DNA from: Octopus vulgaris
Lineage: Eukaryota
DNA: 64,000 nt
Direction: 5' to 3'
NCBI GenBank assembly: GCA_951406725.2
Contig: OX597832.1
Location: 1,426,001 to 1,490,000, forward strand
The notes under the pieces were generated by a model, which made no database searches, was not told the origin of the DNA, and saw only the letters and a program-made list of their open reading frames with translations. Shown in pieces: positions 13,541-26,474 of the stretch; the stretch's first letter is position 1; the number at the start of each line of letters is the position of its first letter. The translations under genes were made by a program, and so were the position numbers.

Positions 13541-13921
13541 TACTTTATTTGTTTCATTCATTTGACTGCAGCCATACTGGAGCACCACCTTTAGTTGAGC
13601 AAATCAACCCCAGGACTTATTCTTTGTAAGCCTAGTGCTTATTCTATTGGTCTCTTTTGCCGAACCACTAAGTTACAGGGACATAAACACACCAACATCG
13701 GTTGTCAAGCGATGTTGGGAGGACAAACACACACACACACATACGTATATATATATAAATACGATGGGCCTTTTTCAGTTTCCGTCTACAAATCCACTTA
13801 CAAGGCTTTGGTCAGCCCAAGGCTATAGTAGAAGACACTTGCCCAAAGTGCGATGCTTTGGGACTGAACCCAGAACCATGTGGTTAGTAAGCAAGCTACT
13901 TACCACACAGCCACTCCTGCG
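13541..13921 (-). mobile_element. tRNA-derived SINE, full length
   Basis: Head gcaggagtggctgtgtggtaagtagcttgc...ggttcagtccc; internal CA/TA tract; closely similar to 26031-26442. Confidence 0.88.
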
Positions 13922-13929
13922 AATATATA

Positions 13930-14900
13930 ATAATTAGCAGACATACGCTTCGCATTTTTCATTGCAAGGACCCTATCAGGCATGCTACTGATCAGATGAG
14001 GAGTATTTTCTTGAGGAATTTCTTGCCAAGTTTCACACGGTAATCTCAAAAGATCTTGTTCTTTTTACAAAGTGTCCTGTTCATTATTCCCCAGAGGAGT
14101 TCACTAGGGCTCATATCTGGTGATTGGGTTGGACCTGGAAGCTTTTTGATGCCATTCTTGTCCAGCCAATGTTGGGTCTTTCTAACCATGTGACAAGGAG
14201 CCCCATCTGCCATAAATAAAGAGTCTTCTTTAATAATTTCACTATTGGAGAAGATTGGAAGGAATCCTTTCTGCAATATGAACGCATATTTATTTGAGTT
14301 TATCTTTCCCTCACACTCCACTAGCTTTGATCGACCATTGCTCCAAATTGCTCCCCAGACCATCACATGTTTCATTGTTGGTTGCAATCTTTTCACATCA
14401 AATTCTTGACCACAGAGTTTCCAGGCCCACACTCGACCACTGTCAGAAAATAAAGCAGACCCATCAGACAATATGGCAGTGTCCCAAAATGCTAGTGGTC
14501 TCTCCACCATCCAACTGGCCCAATCTATTCTCCACTTGATATTGGCAGGTCGAAGATGTTGCTGCCTTCTTGCAGCTCTGCCATAGTAGCCAAGTCTGTG
14601 AAGATACCTGACAGCTGTTCTGGGACTGACATCAACTTGTTCTGTTATGTCAGAGGCCTTGCAACAAGGATTATCCCCCACACTTCTTTTAACGAAGCGA
14701 AGGGTCATGTGGGAGGGCCCTGGTCAACCTGGGCAAGGTGATGTGAAGTCCCCCTTCTCTCTGGTGAATTGTACCATCACTCTATTAACTGTAGAAAGCA
14801 GGATCCCAAGGTTTTCTGCAATTTTACGCTGATTAAGTCCACATTCAGACTGACCCACAATATGGCCTCTTTGAAATTTGGACTGCTTCTTTTGTACGTG
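13930..14900 (-). mobile_element. Tc1-like transposase pseudogene
   Basis: [26 protein letters not shown], then ILSDGS, VMVWGAI, FMADGAPCH, QSPDMSPSELLW; frameshift near 14720; partial second copy of the 5' region at ~15722-15810. Confidence 0.88.
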
Positions 14901-16524
14901 GCATGTGTGTTTGTGTGTATGTGTATAGATAGATAGATAGATAGCTAGATGGATAGATAGATAAAAACAGTTTGGATCAGACTCCTTCGTACTCTGAGTT
15001 TCAAGCGTGTTGCTAACCCTCAGCTGTTGGGCATTTGAATTAAGAAGGTCAATGTTTATTACTGGATGGTGGAATGCGATTTTTCGAGAAAGGTCATGCG
15101 GTGTCACACATTGATGTTGGAAATTCAGTGACAACAGTTACTTGGAAAATACCGCATGATGAACAGGAAATCGGTTGCATGGTTAGGGAAAGTAGTAAGG
15201 AGTGGAAGTATATACGTATATATGTGTGTGTGTATGGGCTTATGTATCTGAGTATGTGAGCCTGTATTTATATGAGAGTATGTATTGTGTATAGGTGTAC
15301 ATTTACACACATACACATACACATGAATATATACACACACATATATATTCATGTATACATACATACATACACATACATATACATGCACGCACACACATGT
15401 ATGCATGTATTTCCTTATATATGCACATGTGCGTGCGCATATATAAGTGTGTATAGGATCTTTTCACTTTGACCAACAGAGTTTTAAAATAATTTCTTTG
15501 TAACTAAACACTTTTAAACTTCGTATACTAGTAGGATGTGTTACATAAAACATCTTTTTCTCTTGGCTTTCTTGAGAAAATTTTGAAGCTTGTAAGCTAT
15601 GTCTTGTTAGATTTCTTGCATTTCGGCAATTTCAACCAATCAATGACGTCTGTTGAGGTGAATACAATTTCTGCAGTTCTGCAGAATACAATTTCTGCAG
15701 TTCTGCAGAATACAATTTCTGCGGGATCCCAAGGTTTTCAGCAATTTTACGCTATGTCCACCTTCAGTATGACTCACAAAACGGCCTCTTTGAAATTCAG
15801 ACAGTTCCAAGGCGTAATTTATGGCATAATTTATGGCATAATTTAACAGTCAAATATAGAGCCTGAAACATGAAAATGTCAATAAATAAAAAATACACAA
15901 TAAACATAAAACGATGTTTTATGGGGTATCTATTTACTTCTGTCATGTCTATATGTATACATACACACACAAAGTACTGTGGATTCATTCCACTTGAAAT
16001 TCTTCAAAGCGTCATTTGCTTCCACTGAAATATCTGAAGTGAAATGCTTTGATTTTGTCGAGTTATTTAGAAAGAATACCAAGAATCTTGCAAACCGAAT
16101 CCAAAAACGAAATAGTAAAGCAAGTTTTGCGTAAATCTTGAGCTATCGGATGTTTTTTGATGAGGGAGGGTATAAATACCCAAAAGGGTATGGGAGAATA
16201 CTTCGGAAATAACTTAACCTTGAAAGGGAAGAAACTCTAACCTTTTGATCATGATGGGCAAAAGTATTAGTGACTTGCAAAAAGAAAAATACGAGTTGTT
16301 TTTTTACAGTAAATGTTTCTATTTTCGCTTTTTTAAACAAAATATTTTAATCATTTAGAAATAATGTGATTACAAAAATGTAAGTTGTTTGTACAGTAAG
16401 TATTTATATTTTAACTTTCTTTAAACAGACAATATTTTTATCGTTTTAAACAATTATTTTACAAAAATATTTTTTGACATATTTATAAAAAATATTTTAA
16501 AGGGAAAATGACTTTAAAAATACT

Positions 16525-17013
16525 GTAAATATTTCGTAAAAGACCCGTTCGTAACCTCGATGTGAAATAATTTTTTCCATAGCTTTTTTCGAGTGCATTC
16601 AACGTATCTCACCTCCAAAGATTTGGCTGCTATTCCTAGCACGCCCTGCTACCATGTAACATCTATTTGCGATTAAGGATCTGAAATAGCTGTTACGTGA
16701 TAGCAGAACGTGCAAGAAATAGCAGCGAAATCTTTCCTTTTCTAGGGAAAGGAGCCCTTTACGCTTGATTTCGATGTCACTTTTGTTGAGAACATACGAA
16801 ATAACCTAGAAAAGAAACAAAACTCCGTTGGTGGAAAACTAAGAGTTTCCTAGGAAACTCCAAGGTCCCCACAACCTTTTCCCAACTTTCTTTTCCGGAA
16901 GAAAATGGCTTGCGGTGAGTTTGGAGGTGAGATACGTTGAATGCACTTGAAAAAATCTGTGGTAAAAATTATTTCACACCTAAGTACGAACGGATCCTTT
17001 ACGAAATATCTAC
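16525..17013. mobile_element. MITE-like segment with ~95-bp inverted repeats and a nested hairpin
   Basis: 16525-16619 is the diverged reverse complement of 16921-17013; an imperfect palindrome gatttggctgctat...atagcagcgaaatc spans 16620-16731. Confidence 0.6.
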
Positions 17014-17549
17014 CCAAGATCGGGACAGGTATGCAAATAGAAGGATCGATGAGACTGATACAACAAGGGCTGAGCGTCAGGTGGATCAGTGAGAAAGAGA
17101 GAGAAGCAGGAGAGATTAGGAATCGGACACTCGGAGAGCTGAGCGTTTGGCGAAACAGGGAAATATACAAAAGTAGGAGACCTTATGAATCGGATGCTCA
17201 TGTGAATACAAACGGAATAAAACAAGTTTTGCATAAATCGGACCACGGGTTACCAAGATATGCGTTTTTTTCGGGTACTTTTATAAACAGCCAAACTGAG
17301 TATAATGGGAAAAACACTTTGAAAGTAAGGTAACATTGACATGTGAATACGCACAGAATAACAGAAGTTTCGCGTAAATCGGACCACGGATTCCCGAGAT
17401 ACGCAGTTTTAGAACTATTGGTAACCCAACGGGTCATGAATAGTCTAGTATATCTATATATCTATACATGTATGTATGTATGTATGTATGTATGTATGTA
17501 TGTATGTATGTATGTATGTATGTATGTATGCATGTATGTGTGTGTGTAT

Positions 17550-18225
17550 TGATCTTGGGTATCCACTGGATCCCACATGTTCTAGACACAGAAGTACTGG
17601 AACAAATTGGTACACTCAACTCTTATACACATGGCACTGCCTTCACTGGGCAGGACATGTGATACGGCTGGACAAAAATCGTATCCCCAAGCAGATGTTA
17701 TACGGAGCGCTGACTGATAGAAAAAGGCCGCAGCAAAAGCCTGAGAAACGTTTAAGACCTGTGTCAAAGACTCGTTATCACAATCCGATCTTAACCTGCA
17801 CAACTGGGAAGTACAGACTGGCGACAGAAACAAATGGAGGAAACAATTATAAGATGTCGCTCATTCCAAGGAAAACTAGTAAGCTGGGCAAAGACCAAAA
17901 GAGCTGACAGGAAGGGAGTGAAATAGAATTAGTTGCTCCTAAGTTTGTTCAACGTGTGTGAGGTCGGATACGCTTGTCAATAGATTATGCTCAATTCGTT
18001 ATTGCAGATCTGCATATCTGTGATGTATGCGGCTCACGTGACATTTGAGAAGCCTAACAGTTTGACAGAAAATATGGATTTAGTTTGTAGTCTTTGCAGC
18101 AAAATTTGTAAGTCTCTGACACGGCTTTACGAGTAACTGTCGATCTCGCGTTCGTAGGAACAATTACTTATAAGTTTACCTGTCAGCGCTAGTCATGCTC
18201 GATTAAGGAGTAGACAGCCATCATG
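17550..18225 (+). mobile_element. RTE-clade LINE 3' fragment
   Basis: LHWAGHVIRLDKNRIPKQMLYGAL..KRP is typical of the RTE ORF C-terminal region; CSLCSKICKS zinc-finger-like remnant at ~18085. Confidence 0.7.
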
Positions 18226-18236
18226 TATGTATGGTT

Positions 18237-18945
18237 GTTCAGTTTTATTTCAAGATTTCTTGTCAATAGAGAAAGAGCAGGTTTCTAACCTAGATTCAAG
18301 GTTCCTTCGTTGGAATTTCAACATCAACAACAGGGTATTTTTGTTTGTATGTATGTATGTATGCATGTACGTATGTATGCATGTACGTATGCATGTATGT
18401 ATGCATGTATGTATGCATGTATGTACGTGTGCAGATTTGTATGTTTTGCTTTATGTATGTATTCTTATGCATATAGTTGCATATCTAGACATGCTCATAT
18501 ATATTTAAATGATAAACTTCTGGAAAGTTTTACAGATTTTTACAGTTCCAGTGATGGACTGGATCTGTAGTCTTTGAATTAGCTTTCTCCTTTCTAGCTT
18601 GGTGAAGCCTAATTTCTCAAGATTGGTATTTAGGCAATGCGTTACACATTCCAGGGCCCCAATAATTACAGGTATCAACCTGGACTTGTAATCTGGATAG
18701 AGTGACTGCAGATTTCTCAATAGTTCAGCGTAGGTATTCTCTTTTTCACTGATCTTCAGCTTTATGTTAACATCCGCTGGGCAGCTCATTTCAACAACTG
18801 TGCACAGTTTCTCTTCTCTATCTCAAATCATTACACCAAGTCTGTTGTGCTTACATTTTATTGAGGTCTTCACTGGGACATTCCACCAGTATTCCTTTTT
18901 ATTATGAATAGCTATGGCTTCTACCATACTGCCATACTGTTGGTT
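18237..18945 (-). mobile_element. 5'-truncated R4/Dong-like LINE (RLE endonuclease C-terminus + 3' UTR)
   Basis: WNVPVKTSIKCKHNR..DREEKLCTVVEMSCPADVN..EKENTY..LIPVIIGALE, an RLE-type tail; flanked by (TATG)n. Confidence 0.8.
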
Positions 18946-19021
18946 CTTGTATGTATGTATGTATGTATGTATGTATGTATGTATGTATGTATGTATGTAT
19001 GTATGTATGTATGTATGTATG

Positions 19022-19055
<34 letters not shown>

Positions 19056-19090
19056 TGTATGTATGCGTGCATGCATGTATATACGTCCTT

Positions 19091-21250
19091 ATTCAGTTTT
19101 ATTTCAAGATTTCTTGCCGGTTTCTAACCTCGATCAAAGGATCTTTCCTTTGGAATTTCAACATCAACAACGGTATTTTTGTATGTATGCATGTATGCAT
19201 GTATGTGTGTCTATGTATGTATACGTGCAGATGTCTATGCTTTGTTCTATGTATGTCTTCTTATACATATAGTTGCTTATCTAGACATGCTCATATATAC
19301 TTAAATGATAAACTTCTGGAAAGTTTTACAGATATTTACAGTTCCAGTGATGGATTGGATCTGTAGCTTTCAAATCAGCTTTCTCCTTTCTGGTTTTGAG
19401 AAGCCTGATCATGTTGTCGATTTCATGCTACCCTAATCATGTTGATTTCATGATTTCATGTTAGCTACCCTAATCATGTTGTTGATTTCATGAACACAAA
19501 CTTGGGCAAGATAGTTACAGGTCTCTTTTCTCTGCTGTAGATGTTGTTTCAGTGCCACAACCTGTGCTTGATATGACGTCAATATAGATTTGAGACCACA
19601 GCCACCTTCCTTGCTTGGGTAATATAGCCTATCTAAATCTCTACTGATGTTGAAGTTTCCTGTAACATTGAGCAGCTTGCGAGTTCGAACATCTATCTCA
19701 TTGAGTTCTTGTAGTGACAAGTTCAGAAGGCCAAACATAGGTGTGAGGACAGGCACTGCAAAGACTTGGCAATATGTTTGTTGAAAGCTGAGAGTTCTAA
19801 TGACCATATTCTCTTTACTTCTCTGAGGTATTCATTTCTGGTCTTCTTATTTATAGGCCCATCATATCTGACATTCTAATCTTGTCCAAGGTACCTATCA
19901 TAGTCACCAGAACGTAGAAGGTGTTTTGACAAGCCGTTCATTCTTAGGTTTTCAAAGGTAGGCGCAACGTTTCCAGGTTTTACTGTCAAAAATGCACTTC
20001 TATACTCACCAAATTTTATCCCAATGTCTGTAGAAAATTGGGTTATAAGGTCCAATTGTTTTTTTTTTATGTAGTTGATATTTGGCCCATACAGTTTCAG
20101 GTCAACAAAGAAAAGACGAGAGATACTTCTGGAGCCATTTCTCTGGTCACTGTTTTGGGAGCAAGTATGATAATGGGTTTAATGAGAAAACAAAAAGCAA
20201 CACCAACAGGCTATCGCACTGAAAGATACCTTTCTGGTAGTGACTTTTGTCCGGCTAAATTGTTCCTTACCACTCACAAGGAGTAAAGTAGTGTACTAAG
20301 TCTTGATCAGGTGTTCAATAGCACTCACTAGCAATATCACTCACTAATGGTTATGGAGCTTTGGTTAACTGTAAAGCCTTGATAGTCCATCCTTGTGATA
20401 TACTATCAGAAGACTTCTGGCAGTCTAGCCATTTTACGGTTAAATTCTTGTGATTTTTCTTTTTTCTTTTTTCTTGAATTATTTTGTAAATTAGTAACTG
20501 CAATATATAGTCCCAAATCTCCTTTCCTCCTGGTTGCTCCGGTGTTATAATGTTGCTGGTGGCACAATGATCTTGCAAGAACAGATTAAGGCACCCAATA
20601 TATAATTTGTACATGATGTTCTGACAGGCTATCGGATGGTAACTTTTAGTTAGGGTGGTTTGGCTATTTTGAGGAAGGAGGAGAATAGTTGCAGTTGATA
20701 ACCATTGTGGCAGTTCTTGTCTGCCATTGATACTTTTTTCAAACAACCATATGAGATCTCACTGATAAAAGGTGAAATTCTTCAGCCAGAAAAATGTTAT
20801 AAGGTCTGGGCCTGGTGATTTCCTATTTGACATTTTCTCTAGAATTATTTCCAGTATTTCACCATCTATTTTATATTGCTTTTGCCTGCATGTCCAGACA
20901 TGCAGGCAGTAGTCCTGCTATAATTCTTTTAGTAATACAGCTTGTTTGTTGAATTCATCATTTGTTTCCCTGTATAGTTCTCCAGTAGACATAAACCTGA
21001 TCTGCTGTTGGGGTGTCTTTCACAGAGATTGAACCTTTCACATTGAAGCTGTGATAAACTGACTTTGGAGCTCTGGCAAATAATATATTGGGCATTTGCT
21101 GTTTATATTTTGTATATTTACATATTAGTTTCCCAGCTGTAGCTATGAGTTGTTTCAACTGGAGCTGACTGAAGTTTAGGTTTTTGAATCTTGTATCACC
21201 AAATCACCTCTCTCGTCTTTTTCTGAGGTCTTCCTGATGTTGCCTGTAGT
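19091..21250 (-). mobile_element. R4/Dong-like LINE: second 3' end (19091-19408) adjoining a decayed RT region (19440-21250)
   Basis: 3' UTR nearly identical to 18237-18610; RT fragments KSPGPDLITFFWLK, YHPIACQNIMYKLY, WLDCQKSSDSI, DRLYYPSKEGGCGL. Confidence 0.8.
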
Positions 21251-21275
21251 TGTTCTCTATATTACATTTATTACA

Positions 21276-21312
<37 letters not shown>

Positions 21313-21407
21313 ATGTATGTATGTATGTGTGTGTATGTATGTATGTATGTATGTATGTATGTATGTATGTATGTATGTATGTATGTATGTGTGTATGTAT
21401 GTATGCA

Positions 21408-21438
<31 letters not shown>

Positions 21439-21479
21439 GTATGTGTGTATGTATGCATGGATGCATACATATGCATGGA

Positions 21480-24040
21480 TGGATCAGATTGAAAGAATGA
21501 AGAAGGACCTCAGATAGCTTCTGAAGGACTTTTATAATTTGAGCATCGTCTTTGAGAATAATCCTAAAGTGGCAAATTTCTTAGATATCACTCTCGATCT
21601 GAATACTAGCTTTCCGAAAACCAAACCAAACTTTCCAATATATAAATGTTTCCTCAAATCATCCCAAATAAACCACCAATAGCATTATAACTGCAATTTC
21701 TATCAGAATCTCAGACCTATCGGCGAATGAAAACATTTTTAACCAACATGCCCCAATATACAATAATGCCTTAAAATTGAGTGGGTTCACAAATAACAGT
21801 GAATACATGCACAATACAAAATTAAAAATTAAATTGGCCAGCATGGTCAGGGATGATACAAAACGGATTTCGGAAAGAAGAAGCTCCCCTCATGATCCCC
21901 AAGGAGCTCGCAATAAGTCGATAAAGACCAATATTTATGCTGATAAAACGAGCTTTAGAAATAAGAGAAATAAATGTGATGTTAGTTTTGTAAATGGTAA
22001 CTACGTTAATAAGATTAATAATAAGAATTGTAATGATGAAAATACCATGGATGATAACAGTGACGGGAGGGAAAGGGTTGCAAATAACAGGAATCATAAA
22101 TGTGAATTGAGGTTTAAAGTTGGTCTAACGAAGGTGAAAATAGGAATAGAAATAAAAATAATACTAATAGTAATAAAAATATAAATATTAGTAATAATAG
22201 ATACAGGAATGGCCTTACATTTAGTACATCAAGTCAAGCAACATATTGTAATCCCGTTATTAATACTAAGTCTAGGATTCGTCAAATTATTTTGTTTGCC
22301 CCTCCCTTTTCATTAAGGGTGAAATGTTTACCAAAGCTATTTTTTAAGTTATTGAAGAAAAATTTCCCAAAACACCATAAATACTATTCAATATGTAACA
22401 AGTCAACAATCAAGTTGGCTTATTCAGTCACTCCCAATGTCGGATCTATTATTGCTTCGTTGAACAGAAGTAAAATAAGGCACTATAATGATAGAAATGA
22501 TGACAGAAGCTTTAATGGGAAATTCAGTAATGACATAGAAAATATTGGTAATAATAATAGTACGTCCTCTGAAATCGATTACGAAGGGCGTGTTGGAATG
22601 ACAAATAATGCAAATAGTAGTAGAGATAATCATAATAATGATGTTAGTGATGATATTAGTGATCATAATGAATATCACGGTGGTAATAATAGTGTTAATA
22701 GTAGTGATAATGGTAATAAAAATATTAGTAATAATAATAATGATGGTAATAGTAAGAATAACAATAGAATAAATATACCTGAAAATAGCACGAACGATGG
22801 TGTAAATAATATGGTGGATCATAGTGCTAGGAGGGGGCAAGGTTTCGGAGTGATCAGTAATACGAGACCCTGTAACAGGCTGAAGAAGTGTAATTGTAGG
22901 GACCCATCAGTATGTCCGATTAGAGGAAATTGTCGCCAGGAAAATGTAATTTATAAATGTAGTGTTGAGGCTCAAGGAGGCCAGAGAAAAATATATATTG
23001 GAAGCTCAGTAGACTTTAAGCAGAGGTATCGATCCCACCTGAGCACTTTCAACAATCCTAAATATAGGACTTCTACAACATTGGCATTATATGTTAATAA
23101 CCTTAAGGAAAGGAATGTTGAATTTAAATTATCGTGGGCTTTCCTTGCACATGCCTCCCCATATAGAATTGGGTCCACTAGATGCGGTTTGTACATAAGG
23201 GAAGCATATACTATATTGAAAAATTACAACAACGCAATGTTAAATAAATTCACTGATGCAATACCAGCGTGTACGCATAAGATCCACTCGATGTTCCATA
23301 AGAAATTTAGAAATAGAAATAGCTATAAATGTTAGAGGTAAGCAATAACAATTGAATTAAATATAGTAAATATAGTAAGTAGTAATTAATATAAAACTAA
23401 AGTATAATAATTGAATCGTAATATTATAATTAAAAGGAAAAATTAGCAATTAGTATAAAATGTGTCAAGGACTTGAACTGGAATATGTGGCTTTGCATGA
23501 ATGGGAGAAGTTATAAGATAAAAATAAATTAAATTAAGTGCAGAAGTGAAATAGTCCAGATGGAGCAGTGCGCATACCATTTACTATGGCTGCTGGATTG
23601 AATTATATGCTTATAAAGTAGCATTCAGTATCTATGAAAATCTTTAGGAGTACGTAATGTCTCGTCTTTCGAATATAGCCGGTATGTAATTGTGCATTTG
23701 TTCCCGTATACTATGTGTTGTACGTATAAAACATCCTGACGAGGGGAGTGTCAATTTTAAATATATATGTTTCATATTAATTGGCGCGTCTCCGAAGATG
23801 GACTTTTATGTATTTTTGTAAATTTGTATATTTATCTTCTATGTACATTTCTCTGGAATTTTAATTCGTCTTTTATTATGTCATTGTGTTTTATTACCCC
23901 CAATTTTTTTTATTGTAACAAATTTATACCAAATATTTTACAAGTTTAAATTCAAGATGTTATATATGCAGCTTTGAGTCTCTTATATATTTATATATTT
24001 TTATATGATGTTTATATATTTATATATTACTAAATTTTTA
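21480..24040 (+). mobile_element. 5'-truncated Penelope-like element 1 (RT thumb, Asn-rich linker, GIY-YIG, degenerate hammerhead)
   Basis: ANFLDITLD and SNHP remnants at 21570-21670; ORF 22292-23335; CTGACGA hammerhead remnant at 23732-23800. Confidence 0.85.
22292..23335 (+). pseudogene. Penelope-like C-terminal region with GIY-YIG endonuclease
   Basis: KLAYS, CNCRDPSVCPIRGNC, VIYKC...IYIGS..FKQRYRSH..F, STTLA, W, terminal C-x-H; upstream RT is truncated and disrupted. Confidence 0.85.
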
Positions 24041-25382
24041 AACGTCGGGCTTTATATCTGTCATGGAGATATAAATGAATATATGAATGTATGTATGTGT
24101 TTGATCTTTCTGTGGATTTTGTAATGTTCCTTTAGTTGCTGCTCGCATTGCCTCCCCTCGGATTAAAAAAAGTGCATGTATGTATGTATGTATGTATGTA
24201 TGTATGTATGTATGTATGTATGTATGTATGTATGTATGTATGTATGTATGTATTGGTGTTGCCTGAATATTGTCAAACTACTGTAAAGGTTTTTAACTGT
24301 AAAGTTTGAAAATCAATATTTGTTTTTAGGGAAAAAAAGTCAGCAAAATACATATTTTTCAACGCAGTCTCGTCATGACGATGATTGTATTTTCGGGATA
24401 ATAATAAGGGCTTATCTATGAAATTTAGAAAGTAGGATAGATATAAAAAAACAGAAAGATAAGTAAACCTGTAAACGTTCGGTGGGTGTCGGTAACGGTT
24501 GTGCTGTTGTTGGAGTGATGGTTGTAATGATAATGTTGATGTTAATGAAGATGAAGGTGATAATCGGGTTGTGCTAGTACTGGATACGTTGGTAGAGTTG
24601 CCTCAAAGGCTGTAAATAATGATGACGCTTGTGATATAGATGATGTTGACGATATTAATGGTGGAAATATGGTTGATGAAAATGATGGTGAAATAGATGA
24701 TGTGGTGACTGTGTTAATGGAAATGGCGATATTGAGAAGAGTGATTGTAGGTGCGATGGTGGTTTGGATTGTTGTCATGAAGGTTAACAGATGCTAATTG
24801 AACTAATGGAAATGGTACTATGTGAGGACAAAGTGGAAACACTAAAGATGATATTGATGTGGGTGAAGATGGCAATGGTACTGGAATTATGTTGATAAAA
24901 GTAAAGGTTGATATAAGGGGGTGATAATGATGGCAGAGATAGTCATGAGCGCGATGGAGGTGCTGCGATGATAATAGATTGTGTTTACGTGAATGATAAC
25001 GATGATGGCGATGATGGTGACGGAGTGCAAAACACCAATGTGCGAGCCTCAAAAGTCTTACAATATTGCGATAAGTAATATTGTAAGTTGACATTTCAAT
25101 TATAACATTGTGAAATTTCACACTGATTGTTTGTATATATCGAATGGCACTATACAATGTGACCTTCCTTTTTCCTTGCGCTAGGTTGATATTCGCTAGA
25201 ATCTAGCTACTGTTGCAGGTAAGTTAAAAGATTATATATAGTCTTCATTTTTTGGCTCAAAATGTCCTACTGATAAACTCTTGCTTCTGCCAAAACACTC
25301 TCTGAACGTGTTAGTGCTACATACATACACACATAATACATACATACATGCATACATACATATACACACACACGCACGCATG

Positions 25383-25418
<36 letters not shown>

Positions 25419-25822
25419 TATCTTCTATATAATGATGCTCAACGTCTGTGTGTCTGTGTGTCTGTACATCTATAGGACGAAAGGGAATAGAAGATACATG
25501 AAAACAAAGTATGTGTTCCCATGTAAAATTTTACGAGAAAGATGATGAGCTACATAAAATTTACTTTCCATTGCGATTAGGGGGCTTAAAGGGGTAAAAC
25601 ACTCCCTAATAAATTTCAAATGGCTTCGATTTCAATGAAAATAACAAAACTACCAGGCACTAAATAAAGACGCTTTCCAAAATTTCCCCATCTTAAAATA
25701 TTATTTAACCCACTAATGGGGTTTATAACACGGAACAGAGACCACTTTTCATGGAAAATACGTAAAATTTAAGTATGTTATCTTGGAATAAGTGTACTAC
25801 AACACTTAACAATGTATATCTC

Positions 25823-25864
<42 letters not shown>

Positions 25865-26030
25865 AACACCGTGTGAACCTAAAATTAACCTTAAAGTTAA
25901 AAATTAACCTTATATATATATATATAAATTAACCTTATATATATATATATATATATACACCTTTAACAAATTAACCTTATATATATATAACAAATTATAT
26001 ATATATTAACAAATTAACCTTATATATATA

Positions 26031-26442
26031 TACTCTTTTACTCTTTTACTCTTTTACTTGTTTCAGTCATTTGACTGCGGCCATGCTGGAGCACCGCCTT
26101 TAATCGAGCAACTCGACCCCGGGACTTATTCTTTTGTAAGCCCAGTACTTATTCTATCGGTCTCTTTTGCCGAACCGCTAAGTAACGGGGACATAAACAC
26201 ACCAGCATCGGTTGTCAAGCAATGCTAGGGGGACAAACACAGACACACAAACACACACACGCATATATACATATACATATATACGACGGGCTTCTTTCAG
26301 TTTCCGTCTACCATATCCACTCACAAGGCTTTGATCGGCCCGAGGCTATAGTAGAAGACACTTGCCCAAGGTGCCACGCAGTGGGACTGAACCCGGAACC
26401 ATGTGGTTGGTAAGCAAGCTATTTACCACACAGCCACTCCTG
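26031..26442 (-). mobile_element. tRNA-derived SINE, well preserved, with (TAAAAGAG)n tail, inserted in (TA)n
   Basis: Head caggagtggctgtgtggtaaatagcttgc...gggttcagtccc; tail (ctctttta)x3 on + at 26033-26056. Confidence 0.9.

Positions 26443-26465
<23 letters not shown>

Positions 26466-26474
<9 letters not shown>

Noticed and set aside
13330-17420. Short tandem duplications (40-bp at 13330, 24-bp at 15660, ~143-bp period at 17198-17410)
   Set aside because: Ordinary local duplications with no further structure evident
24480-25030. Thr/Ser/His-rich ORFs
   Set aside because: Degenerate (GAT/GGT)n low-complexity tract
26360-26442. tRNA-like sequence with box A/B
   Set aside because: Head of a SINE present in several copies, not a complete tRNA cloverleaf
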